Source: a virus
Lineage: Duplodnaviria > Caudoviricetes
Reading direction: 5' to 3' (one strand)
Length of the DNA stretch: 32,124 bases
IMG/VR virus record: IMGVR_UViG_3300038317_000117
Coordinates: 1 to 32,124 of that record
Position numbers and translations under genes: made by a program
Notes under the pieces: model-generated
Told to the model about the DNA's origin: nothing
The model's input: only the letters and a program-made list of their open reading frames with translations
Databases searched by the model: none
Shown: positions 1 to 8,158 of the stretch, one piece after another
Position numbering within the stretch: position 1 is the stretch's first letter
Layout of the letters: the number at the start of each line of letters is the position of its first letter

Positions 1-616
1 GATACATGGCTGCCGTCTGCTCTATAAGACTTGCACCGCCAATTTTAAATTGCTTATTCATTTGTTCGGCAAAAGCCACTATCTCTTTGCTGCTGGAGAA
101 AGCATCCCCTGCCAATATACCCAGCTTAGAGACTGTTTTTAGCGTATCCAGATAAGGGCTCCGTGCCCTCTGCGCGGATCGGAAAATTATATCTTGCAAT
201 TCAGCTGTCGTTTGGAGCGTGTCATTCATCAGGTCCAACCTGGAGGTAGCTAGTGCTATATTATCCGATGTTTCTATTATCCCTTTTACGCCAAAAGTTG
301 CCCCCATAGTTGCCGCAAGATTTTTGAATCCAGTTAACAGCCCTGCTGCGGCTCCCTGCCCATTTCGGATATCGTTATTGAACCTCTGCTGCGCCTGATC
401 GGCCTCTCTGATTTCCTGCTCAATTTGATTGAAGACGGTTTCAGCTCTATTTAGCTCCATGCGGGCCGCCTGCAAACTACGAGTGTCAACTGCGCGGCTG
501 GAGACGTTCTGCATTGTCTCAAAACTAGAAATAGCAATATTTAAGGCACCGGTCATGCTTCGCAGCGCTGGGGTCATGCCGTTATACATTTGTATTGCCG
601 TTTTTATTGTTGCCAT
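1..616 (-). CDS. Tail tape measure protein, N-terminal part (runs off the window)
   Basis: Hand translation from ATG at 616: MATIKTAIQMYNGMTPALRSM...SRLDLMND...ELQDIIFRSAQRARSPY...AFAEQMNKQFKIGGAS; follows the tail chaperone. Confidence 0.9.
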   Translation of the reverse strand, partial: MATIKTAIQMYNGMTPALRSMTGALNIAISSFETMQNVSSRAVDTRSLQAARMELNRAETVFNQIEQEIREADQAQQRFNNDIRNGQGAAAGLLTGFKNLAATMGATFGVKGIIETSDNIALATSRLDLMNDTLQTTAELQDIIFRSAQRARSPYLDTLKTVSKLGILAGDAFSSSKEIVAFAEQMNKQFKIGGASLIEQTAAMY

Positions 617-640
617 AAGCCTCACCCTTTCTAGGCAAAT

Positions 641-664
641 AAAAAAAGAGCCCAAAGGCTCCTT
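641..664 (-). terminator. Intrinsic terminator after the moron gene
   Basis: - strand GAGCC-TTTG-GGCTC followed by T7. Confidence 0.6.
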
Positions 665-699
665 AAAAGGACTTTCTTTGAAAGATTTTAATGTCGTTT

Positions 700-1341
700 T
701 TATAATTCGATTTCTATGTTCGTTTTTGGTTTTTCATTAAATATCTTTTTTAATTCTTCTGCATGATTCGATTTATTGGTAACATCAAAAGCTATATATT
801 TTATTTCATTATCTTTATGATATGCAAACACTAAAAAGAACGTTAGGATTCTAGATGTCTTTTCTTTTGCCCTGCCGCCTATCATTGCTCCAAGAGGTCC
901 AAACAACACTGCTCCGCCAACAGCTCCACCGACGCTGCTAACATAACTTTTTTGAAGCTCTTCACTAGTTGTAACGGAAATATCACTTAAACGCTCCAGC
1001 GGGAGTATAAATGATGTTCCTCCACCCTCAATGATCAATTTGTCCGCTAAGTAATAGACTAAACACTCCGTTCCCTCTGCAAGTGGTAAGCCGGTTGTAT
1101 GAGGTAGCGTGTCCCCCCAGATGCAATTTAAGGTTTCCCTTTTTTCCTGCTCTTTTCTTTCTGTTTCACGTATAGCCGCTTTCTTTTGTTTGTTAGCTTT
1201 AATATTCAAAATACTGGCTACACTCAGCATTACGCCCATGGCAATAACAAAATACCCATCCTTCATATCAGGTGTTGCGCTAGTCATAACCAGACCAATC
1301 AAAACTATAATTACACCTAGGATTATGCAGAATACCCACAC
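700..1341 (-). CDS. Moron-like membrane protein (2 N-terminal TM helices, charged linker, glycine-zipper motif)
   Basis: Hydrophobic N-terminus; GGAVGGAVLFGPLGAMIGG; AT-rich; own promoter and terminator. Confidence 0.8.
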   Translation of the reverse strand: MWVFCIILGVIIVLIGLVMTSATPDMKDGYFVIAMGVMLSVASILNIKANKQKKAAIRETERKEQEKRETLNCIWGDTLPHTTGLPLAEGTECLVYYLADKLIIEGGGTSFILPLERLSDISVTTSEELQKSYVSSVGGAVGGAVLFGPLGAMIGGRAKEKTSRILTFFLVFAYHKDNEIKYIAFDVTNKSNHAEELKKIFNEKPKTNIEIEL

Positions 1342-1374
1342 AACTCCCGCCCCCCTCTAGCAACGTTATTTATA

Positions 1375-1403
1375 ATTATAAGTTAAGGGAAAAGAGTTTT
1401 CTA
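1375..1403 (-). promoter_or_regulatory. SigA-type promoter for the moron
   Basis: TAGAAA (1403-1398), 17 bp, TATAAT (1380-1375). Confidence 0.55.
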
Positions 1404-1595
1404 CCTTCTTCTGCTCTTCCTAGCCTTTTTCACTTTTACTGTTTCCTTTTTGTCGTTTTCGATTTTGGTTTCTATACTCGCGGCAATAAAAGCTCTTTCT
1501 TCACGGGATAGGCTCAGTAATTGCGAAGGCAGCATATGAAACTTATGGAGGCAATAGTAAGCAATATTACTCTCACTATCACCTCCAGTAATTAG
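1401..1595 (-). CDS. -1 frameshift extension of the tail assembly chaperone (G-T type product)
   Basis: Slippery A AAA AAC (1601-1595) before the XkdN-like stop; -1 frame reads LITGGDSESNIAYYCLHKFHMLPSQLLSLSREERAFIAASIETKIE...RRR* to 1401. Confidence 0.8.
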   Translation of the reverse strand, partial: LITGGDSESNIAYYCLHKFHMLPSQLLSLSREERAFIAASIETKIENDKKETVKVKKARKSRRR

Positions 1596-2020
1596 TTTTT
1601 TGCTTCTTCCAACAGGTCTTCCATAAGAACATCAAACCCATTCACTTCCTGGACTTTTTCCAGATAGCCGGCATACTCTCCGGGCTTCAGCATTCGTTTT
1701 AATAAAGCTTCGGCCCCCATAACGCCATAGCTATTTTGGAGATCCTCGTTATTCAGATTCGGGAAAACGGTACAGGCGGCGGCAAGCTTACCTGAGTATA
1801 GATTAACATCTGTTTCCCGCGAATACTGTCCCCGCTTCCCGGGGATGGGCACCCGCTTAGTGCAGGCTTTCCTTATTGCCTCGTCCTCTTCACCAGTAAT
1901 ACATTTGATTTCCCATTCTATAGGCTTTTTATCCTCATCCAGGAAACGCTTGGAAGCGACAAACCTAATATTTTCATCCGCCACGGCATTGCCTGCTAAA
2001 AACGCGCTTAAATTACTCAT
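1592..2020 (-). CDS. Tail assembly chaperone, XkdN-like
   Basis: SKRFLDEDKKPIEWEIK, ACTVFPNL...LQNSYGVMGAEALL, C-terminal EEAKN; sits between tube and tape measure. Confidence 0.9.
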   Translation of the reverse strand: MSNLSAFLAGNAVADENIRFVASKRFLDEDKKPIEWEIKCITGEEDEAIRKACTKRVPIPGKRGQYSRETDVNLYSGKLAAACTVFPNLNNEDLQNSYGVMGAEALLKRMLKPGEYAGYLEKVQEVNGFDVLMEDLLEEAKN

Positions 2021-2045
2021 TCAGCACCAATCCTTTCTGCATGTA

Positions 2046-2068
2046 TTAAGCACTCTTTCGGTGCTTAA
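2046..2068. other. Hairpin / inverted repeat between the divergent chaperone and KTSC starts
   Basis: TTAAGCAC-TCTTTCG-GTGCTTAA. Confidence 0.5.
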
Positions 2069-2131
2069 ATTTGCCATTTTTTCTGTTAAAATAAAACTTA
2101 ATTACACTATTAAAGGAAGGGAGGTTATTTA

Positions 2132-2344
2132 ATGAATCGACAATTTGTGTCATCCAGTAATCTACGTTCTATAGGATACGACCCGGGCACGAAGACTCTT
2201 GAGATTGAATTTAATTCTGGCGGAGTCTACCAATATTCAGGAGTCCCAGAACATACTTACCGGGGACTAATGTCTGCCGGCTCGCATGGTGAATATTTTC
2301 ATGCCCACATAAGAGATCAGTATCCTACCCGCAAAATACGTTAA
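2132..2344 (+). CDS. KTSC domain protein (antisense to the tail operon)
   Basis: [12 protein letters not shown]...LEIEF..G.VYQY.GVP...Y..LM.A.S.G.YF...IR; GGAGG RBS. Confidence 0.9.
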   Translation: MNRQFVSSSNLRSIGYDPGTKTLEIEFNSGGVYQYSGVPEHTYRGLMSAGSHGEYFHAHIRDQYPTRKIR

Positions 2345-2505
2345 TCAAAAACATGCAGAATACGGGCGGGGCCTTTACTTGTAGTGGCTGTCTCATTAAC
2401 TTTTATTTCAAAGTTATCATCGGGCCCGGCGGCGTATTCAGTAACTCCCTTGCGCTTCGTAAGTTCACCCACCAATTCTTTAGTGGATACCTGACTTAAA
2501 TCCAT
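2341..2505 (-). CDS. Small protein resembling the BC1881 family (54 aa, not in ORF track)
   Basis: [54 protein letters not shown]; AGGAGGTG RBS. Confidence 0.7.
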   Translation of the reverse strand: MDLSQVSTKELVGELTKRKGVTEYAAGPDDNFEIKVNETATTSKGPARILHVFD

Positions 2506-2562
2506 TCTGCTCACCTCCTATAGCTTAGGATTTCCCTCGGCAAAAGTCCTTTATCCCTCTTA

Positions 2563-3036
2563 TTAAGCCTGCATTCCCGGCAGCATCGAAAACTTTTCCG
2601 GAATCTCAAAACTTTCAAAAGTAAAATCAAAGTCCTCTTCGATATATTCGGCATCGGCGTCAAACTTAACCAGCAGACCGCCGTCAATATTGCATTCTTT
2701 CAGGATAACCGTCTGCCTCCCGATAGTGGATGTTGGATCCTCGTTAGTCACCTGAATATCAAAATAGAAATCCTCGCCGGTCTTCGCATATCGGTAAAGC
2801 AACTCCCTGAATATACTGGTGTTGTAGTGGAAAGTGGCCGACCCTGAGCCGGTCCAGCCGGTGGCCTTATTGCCTTTCCCTGTCTTACCCAGTATCGGCA
2901 CTTCCGTCTTAGTCTTTTCAATGCTGGCTTCCAGATTTATAGCCTGCATGAAATTATAGCGGTTGCCCTCAATGGTTATGAAGCACTCCGCCAGAGAACC
3001 GCTGACCGCATCTTTGGCATTCATAATTTCAGCCAT
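2563..3036 (-). CDS. Tail tube protein, XkdM-like
   Basis: AKDAVSGSLAECF...EVPILGKTGKGNKATGWTGSG...NEDPTSTIGRQ; follows the sheath. Confidence 0.9.
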   Translation of the reverse strand: MAEIMNAKDAVSGSLAECFITIEGNRYNFMQAINLEASIEKTKTEVPILGKTGKGNKATGWTGSGSATFHYNTSIFRELLYRYAKTGEDFYFDIQVTNEDPTSTIGRQTVILKECNIDGGLLVKFDADAEYIEEDFDFTFESFEIPEKFSMLPGMQA

Positions 3037-3052
3037 TATCATTCACCCCTTC

Positions 3053-4375
3053 CTATTCCACAATGACCGTCATATAGAGCTTAGCCATAACACTGACCGG
3101 CGTCACGTAATCATTCACCACTACCGACTTTTTGTCCATGCCCTTATCTACCGTGATATCCTCGGCGGTAAAGTTCTCAATGGCCGCCACCCGCTGCAGT
3201 TCGGTGTGATAAGTGACCAGGTCACTCCAAAAGGCTACCCGGCCCGCCTCGTTATTCTGCACTTTACCCAAATACTTAGTATTGAACAAAACCGCGATAT
3301 CGTTGCCGATCTGGTCCAGTACCCGGATTACCTGGTTGTTGCTGAAATCCTCGTTCTTATCGTCCGTGTAGGATACGAAGGTATTGATATCGTCCAACAC
3401 CCGAACACTGTCCCCCACCTGATGAAACATCAGCTTACCGGCTTTTAATCCGGTTTCCAGAGCCGACTGTTTATGAGCGGTATCTATGATGTATTCTCCA
3501 CCATAAACCATATTGGTCAGGCTTCTGTTCACCGCACAGCCGGCTTCCTGCCCGGCTACCCAGTAGACCAGGGCGGCCTCGTTCGTGCCGGCATCCATTA
3601 CTTTGTTCTCCACCGATATGACGCCCTCATAGTCGGCCGTATTATACCGGTACAGCACGGCCTGGAATTTCACCCCATGATCATCCCGCAGCCGGCGGCT
3701 AAATTGGACAAACAGATCCTTGATCAGGTCATCGGTCCCAGCATAGGCCAGGATATTAAAACTATAGGCTTCGATCGCATCCAGGAAAGCACTGTAAGAA
3801 TCCCCGGTCGCCGTCCCATTAGTGCCACCGGCCAAAGCAACTCCGGCTGCAGCCGCCAAAGCGCCGGTGCCGCTGAAAGTTACAAAGCCGTTAGCGCTCA
3901 GATCGGCAACCGTAGCCGCCAGCTGGGTATCCACCAGTTTAGTCCCCACATAAGTCATAACGTCAAACTTGTTTTCATCGTCGATATTGACCTGAATTAC
4001 TATCTTAATGTCATTCCCACGGATACCGCCATATTTAGCCGTGGTCGTCAGATTCCCGCTGGTTGCAGTCGCTTTATCGCCTCCGGAATTGACCCGGTAC
4101 AGATAAACCGTTTTGGCCCCTTTAAATATTTCCCGCAGGGACTGCAGCTCCGGATTGGTATAGGCGTATCCCAGCAGATCAAAGCTGCTTTTTTGGATAT
4201 CGCCTCCATCCAGGGTTATCACTTCATTCTCCGGGCCCCAGTTCAGGGCCAGGGGGAGCGCAGCATAACCCCGATCGCTTAAGGTTGCCGATGCCCGGGA
4301 CGCCGACACAAAATTTATATAAGCCCCGGGGAGGACCTTGTTCTGAGATAGCCAAACTCCGCCGCCAAGCGCCAT
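3053..4375 (-). CDS. Tail sheath protein, XkdK-like
   Basis: GGVWLSQNKVLPGAYINF, FSNNQVIRVLDQI, MAKLYMTV. Confidence 0.93.
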   Translation of the reverse strand: MALGGGVWLSQNKVLPGAYINFVSASRASATLSDRGYAALPLALNWGPENEVITLDGGDIQKSSFDLLGYAYTNPELQSLREIFKGAKTVYLYRVNSGGDKATATSGNLTTTAKYGGIRGNDIKIVIQVNIDDENKFDVMTYVGTKLVDTQLAATVADLSANGFVTFSGTGALAAAAGVALAGGTNGTATGDSYSAFLDAIEAYSFNILAYAGTDDLIKDLFVQFSRRLRDDHGVKFQAVLYRYNTADYEGVISVENKVMDAGTNEAALVYWVAGQEAGCAVNRSLTNMVYGGEYIIDTAHKQSALETGLKAGKLMFHQVGDSVRVLDDINTFVSYTDDKNEDFSNNQVIRVLDQIGNDIAVLFNTKYLGKVQNNEAGRVAFWSDLVTYHTELQRVAAIENFTAEDITVDKGMDKKSVVVNDYVTPVSVMAKLYMTVIVE

Positions 4376-4567
4376 TTATATCACCCTTTCCTTAAATTCT
4401 TTTACCCGCTGCTCCACGTCAGCTAGGCTGTACTTTTCATCAGTTTTTAAAACCACTCGCAGGATGTCCGGCGAGTGGTCCAATTTCTTACTCTGCAGTA
4501 TCTGCTTCCGGGTATAAACCTGGGTTACTGCGGCTTCCGTTACTATTTCATCTTTCCTTTTAGTCAA
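4376..4567 (-). CDS. Small protein upstream of the sheath
   Basis: 63 aa, abuts the sheath start; usual position in Xkd-type tails. Confidence 0.65.
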   Translation of the reverse strand: MTKRKDEIVTEAAVTQVYTRKQILQSKKLDHSPDILRVVLKTDEKYSLADVEQRVKEFKERVI

Positions 4568-4573
4568 TTTTTA

Positions 4574-5002
4574 TCACCTCTTCAAATTGCCCTGCTGACT
4601 CAGTTCCCCCATAAACTCTTCCGGTTCGGTCTCTTTACATACGTACAGGTTATACTGCACAAAAACATGAAGAACCCCGTCTATTATCTCGCTGCGCAAC
4701 CCGGTACCCCGAAACGCCTGGCCTTGCGCCGTGATATATTCCAGGCCGTCCAGCAATTGACCGGCTACTTCTCGGCACTGCTGCAGCCCCGTACCGTCAT
4801 CTACCGGAAAGAATAAAACATCAAAGCTGTGGTTTCTGCGGTACCGGGTGCCCACCACCTGCTCAACATCGGCCTGCAGCAACTGGATAAAGAAAGCTGG
4901 CGGCGCCAGGTCTTGGGGAATCTCTTCGGCATAAATGCGGTAATCGTCGCCAAATATGCTGTTTAACTTTCGACTGATGCCGTTTATGATTTTATCCACC
5001 AT
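4574..5002 (-). CDS. Tail terminator/completion-like protein
   Basis: IYAEEIPQDLAPPAFFI...FDVLFFP...DGVLHVFVQY; ATG at 5002 preferred. Confidence 0.75.
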   Translation of the reverse strand: MVDKIINGISRKLNSIFGDDYRIYAEEIPQDLAPPAFFIQLLQADVEQVVGTRYRRNHSFDVLFFPVDDGTGLQQCREVAGQLLDGLEYITAQGQAFRGTGLRSEIIDGVLHVFVQYNLYVCKETEPEEFMGELSQQGNLKR

Positions 5003-5483
5003 TATCGCCAAACACCTCCCGCAGCTTTTTCTCCAGGGCCTTCTCAATTATCCTGGGCGCGTCCCGTTCCAATTCCTGTTCTGAAATCGTCATCATGAAA
5101 CGGCCTGGCACCCAGCCGGAATGATCGGCGGTCCGGTGGCCGAATTCCACATAGGCGGCATAGTAGACCGGGTTTATAACTTCAATCTCATACGTATCAC
5201 CCGTTTTGGCTACCGGTCCGATAGTCCACCCTCTCCTAAGCGTGCCGCCAGTCTTCCCTGTATGCGGCGTGAAAGATACCTTTTTCCCGTCTTCGGTTAC
5301 AAAGCTGACCGGGTTATCGTACTGTCCGACCGGCGTCCGTTTAATCACCTTAGCCAACTGACGCGCTGCCAGCTGTTTTACTATCTGCACGGCCAGGGCG
5401 TCCAGCTCCGCCTCCTCAAACTGCTCCAGCTTCTTCTGCAGCCGCTTCAGCTGCCTAAAATCGCACTTTCCCCAGTTGGCCAT
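4992..5483 (-). CDS. HK97 gp10-family neck protein
   Basis: KRTPVG...GGTLRRGW...NPVYYAAYVEFGHR...WVPGRFM. Confidence 0.88.
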   Translation of the reverse strand: MANWGKCDFRQLKRLQKKLEQFEEAELDALAVQIVKQLAARQLAKVIKRTPVGQYDNPVSFVTEDGKKVSFTPHTGKTGGTLRRGWTIGPVAKTGDTYEIEVINPVYYAAYVEFGHRTADHSGWVPGRFMMTISEQELERDAPRIIEKALEKKLREVFGDNGG

Positions 5484-5842
5484 TACGCCCAGCCTCCCGC
5501 CTGCAGGATGATCTCCTGATGTGTCGGATAGACAGCCGGCAGCCCGGAACTGGTATACCGATAGGTGGCACCACCGCGGACCGCTTCAATCCTGCTGCCC
5601 GGCATCGTCACAATCTCCGGAGACAGGAACAGCTTAATAGTTTGGACTATTCCCGCTCCCGGGGAAACGTCCTGCACCGCTGCCAGGGTCTGAAATGACA
5701 GCCGGCATGGTTGACCAGTGACTATTGCTATCCACCCCTGCCGGGTAATCTTAGTTTCCGGATCCTGAACAGACATCAGTTCATAGATGGTGCAGCGGTC
5801 TTCATACAGGCTTTCAATGGCGGCCTTGACGGTAGTAATCAC
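5483..5842 (-). CDS. Head closure protein
   Basis: QPCRLSF...IKLFLSPE...GSRIE...YPTHQEI; position after the connector. Confidence 0.75.
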   Translation of the reverse strand: MITTVKAAIESLYEDRCTIYELMSVQDPETKITRQGWIAIVTGQPCRLSFQTLAAVQDVSPGAGIVQTIKLFLSPEIVTMPGSRIEAVRGGATYRYTSSGLPAVYPTHQEIILQAGGWA

Positions 5843-6222
5843 GACCAGTCAAGCCTCCTTAATGCAGCGGTCAGCAAAGCCTTATTGCTGTCAATCAGCG
5901 TATTGACAAGAGCATTAAACCGGCTTTCCGGACTGCTGCCGCTGCCGAAGTCCACAGTAGTATCACCCAGCTTGACCGACTTAGCCACCGCTTCCAGGTT
6001 GATATCCCCCAGATCGGCCCCGATGGCCTTCTTGTGCTGCAGAAACTCGCCAGTAATGATATCAACCACCAGCGATTCAGACTCGACTGGGATTTCACTT
6101 ATATTGCAGTTCAGCTGCAGCTCAGCGGTCACCCTGGCTATCAGTAGGTTGATCAGCTCGTTATCCCCGGTAATCGCGGAATAGCCGAAGGTGCTTAGCC
6201 GGGCTTTCACCTGCTCCAGCAT
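5839..6222 (-). CDS. Head-tail connector protein
   Basis: CNISEIP, KSVKLGDTTVDF; position after the capsid. Confidence 0.8.
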   Translation of the reverse strand: MLEQVKARLSTFGYSAITGDNELINLLIARVTAELQLNCNISEIPVESESLVVDIITGEFLQHKKAIGADLGDINLEAVAKSVKLGDTTVDFGSGSSPESRFNALVNTLIDSNKALLTAALRRLDWS

Positions 6223-6479
6223 CAGACGTCACCCTCTTCGCTCTCACCGCGCAGCCGGGCAATCAGGGTTTCCGTTTTCGTATTACGCGGCATATTAATA
6301 CCCGCGGCTTCGCAGGCGGCAAAGAGCTCCTCCCGGGTCATATCCTCGTAGCTTTTATCCTCTATGGATTCTTCAGCAGTGGGATCCTCCACCAGGGTAA
6401 AACCTTTAGCCAGCAGCTGATCCCGCTTATCCTCGCTATCCGCGATCTTGACCACATTCATATAACGTAAAGTAAACAT
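6222..6479 (-). CDS. Small head-associated protein with a C-terminal Rho-N/HeH-like motif
   Basis: MTREELFAACEAAGI...KTETLIARL. Confidence 0.65.
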   Translation of the reverse strand: MFTLRYMNVVKIADSEDKRDQLLAKGFTLVEDPTAEESIEDKSYEDMTREELFAACEAAGINMPRNTKTETLIARLRGESEEGDV

Positions 6480-6492
6480 GAGCAAGCCTCCT

Positions 6493-7410
6493 TTATGCTG
6501 CGGTATTCACCCAAGCACCATCCAGCTTGTTGTTAGGAATCCACAGATCATGATATTTGCGGTAATCCAGTTTCCAGGCATCCGCCTTCTGGTTGACGTC
6601 CGGCGTAAAAATGCGGACCTTGTCAGTCTTCGATACCGCGATCGGGCAGCGCCGGACAGTGATAATCCAGTTAATAGCTTTAGCGCCTTCAGCAGGTACG
6701 AACCCGCCCGCAGTCTGACCGGTAGTGGTTCCGTCGTTAAAAACATACGCCGTCTTCATCCGGGCAGATGGCACTTTTATAATCGGCGCTCCGTCCAGGG
6801 ACTTAACTTTCAGATTTACGCCCCCCTGGGTAAATTCCGTCACATCCAACTTCTTTACGATGTCCGGAGAGCTATCCAGAATTACTGATACCGGCACGGC
6901 CATGGTTATAACCAGCTGTTCCGCTTCCCCGACGATATCCTGAATAGCGGCGATATCATCCCGTAGCTTCGCTAAAATAGTGTCGGCCGCGGGGGTGTAC
7001 TCTGTTTTTTTGCTGGCAGTGATGGCCAGAGCGGCAATTTTGGAATATCTGTAAGCGTCAACTTCCGGGATTACTTTGGTTCTCTGGAATTGCCCCATGG
7101 CATTGCCGGCGGTAGCCACAAAATTAGTCTCGTCCACGTCCATGGAATCTAACTGGAAGGTACGGCTGCGATCCTGGGTCAGTTTATAAGTGCCGTAAGT
7201 CAGAGTGACTGAACCCTGTACAAAACCGTTGTCCCGGTCGTAGTCCCCCAGACCGTCCATGGTCAGCTGAGGAATCTTAACCTCGTCGCCGCCATTGTAT
7301 TTTACTTGCCCGGCATTAGCCTCCATCCAGCCGGAAGAGGCTCCGGTAATCATTTGTTCGTCCAGCTTCTGCTGGAAAATCTTTGCATATTCTAAAGCAT
7401 TAATCGCCAT
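6493..7410 (-). CDS. Major capsid protein
   Basis: 305 aa after the scaffold; GGDEVKIP..MDGLGDYDR, QDRSRTFQLDSMDVDETN, VIPEVDAYR, YRKYHDLW. Confidence 0.9.
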   Translation of the reverse strand: MAINALEYAKIFQQKLDEQMITGASSGWMEANAGQVKYNGGDEVKIPQLTMDGLGDYDRDNGFVQGSVTLTYGTYKLTQDRSRTFQLDSMDVDETNFVATAGNAMGQFQRTKVIPEVDAYRYSKIAALAITASKKTEYTPAADTILAKLRDDIAAIQDIVGEAEQLVITMAVPVSVILDSSPDIVKKLDVTEFTQGGVNLKVKSLDGAPIIKVPSARMKTAYVFNDGTTTGQTAGGFVPAEGAKAINWIITVRRCPIAVSKTDKVRIFTPDVNQKADAWKLDYRKYHDLWIPNNKLDGAWVNTAA

Positions 7411-7433
7411 TTATCCATCATCCTTTCTCAAAA

Positions 7434-8000
7434 TTAAAGGCCCTGCTGTAGGGCCTTTTCAAACTGCTGTTCAACTGTGGCAAATTCATTCTTATCGCCG
7501 TCCCCGGTTTCGCCTGGTTTAGTCCCCTTAAAGCCGCCTTCGTCGCCGCTGAATAGGAATTTACTGTCTTCGGATTCCGTTAATTTCTTGATCTGGTCAT
7601 CCAGGCCTTTAACTGTATCGCCGTCCAGTTCGGCTTTTTCCAGATCCAACAGAGCTTTAACCGCCTTGGTATTCTTGGCCTTGGCGTTAGTCAGAGCTAA
7701 TTCAACCGCTGAGTCAATCTTCATTTGTTTTACTTGCTGTTCAAACTGTTCCTTGGCCGTTTTATTCTCGCCCTGCAGTTTTTCGATCTGAACTTTCAAG
7801 CCTTCGGCATCGACTTTTTTTAATTCCTCCAACTGCGTATCCCTTGCGGCCAGATCTTTCTCCAACTGCTTTTTGGCTTCAGTCACTTCATCAAAACGAT
7901 GCTTAGGGATAAAGCCTTTCATTTCTTCAGCAGAAGCCGCCAAAACCTTACCGGCCTGTTCCTCGGTCAGTCCCATTGCTATCAGCTGTTCTTTGGTCAT
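7434..8000 (-). CDS. Head scaffolding protein (Phage GP20 family)
   Basis: MTKEQLIAMGLTEEQ..., FIPKHRFDEV, AKAKNTKAVKALLD, GLDDQIKKL...SKFLF. Confidence 0.88.
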   Translation of the reverse strand: MTKEQLIAMGLTEEQAGKVLAASAEEMKGFIPKHRFDEVTEAKKQLEKDLAARDTQLEELKKVDAEGLKVQIEKLQGENKTAKEQFEQQVKQMKIDSAVELALTNAKAKNTKAVKALLDLEKAELDGDTVKGLDDQIKKLTESEDSKFLFSGDEGGFKGTKPGETGDGDKNEFATVEQQFEKALQQGL

Positions 8001-8020
8001 CGTTATTTCTCCCTTCATCT

Positions 8021-8092
8021 TCACTTTTTATCCCGGTCGTGTCCGGTGATGTCCCGTTCTTTTTCGCCTGCGGTACCGGAAAGGCGGACATA
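8021..8092 (-). ncRNA. Structured cis-regulatory leader of the scaffold gene (candidate GP20-type RNA motif)
   Basis: Nested stems ATGTCC/GGACAT and CGCCT/AGGCG plus a CCGG/CCGG hairpin; each inner hairpin is followed by an A-run on the - strand; directly 5' of a GP20-family gene. Confidence 0.5.
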
Positions 8093-8158
8093 AAAATAAC
8101 GCTCCCCCTGAGCGTTTTGAACAATAAAAAGCACTTACCGTTTTACCAGTAAGTGCTT
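8092..8158 (-). terminator. Two tandem terminator-like hairpins after MuF
   Basis: AAGCACTTAC/GTAAGTGCTT (8129-8158) and AACGCTC/GAGCGTT (8098-8116), each with a T-rich tail on the - strand. Confidence 0.6.

Noticed and set aside
1-5002. PBSX-like tailocin or defective particle
   Set aside because: Complete head, packaging, replication and lysogeny modules are present and appear intact
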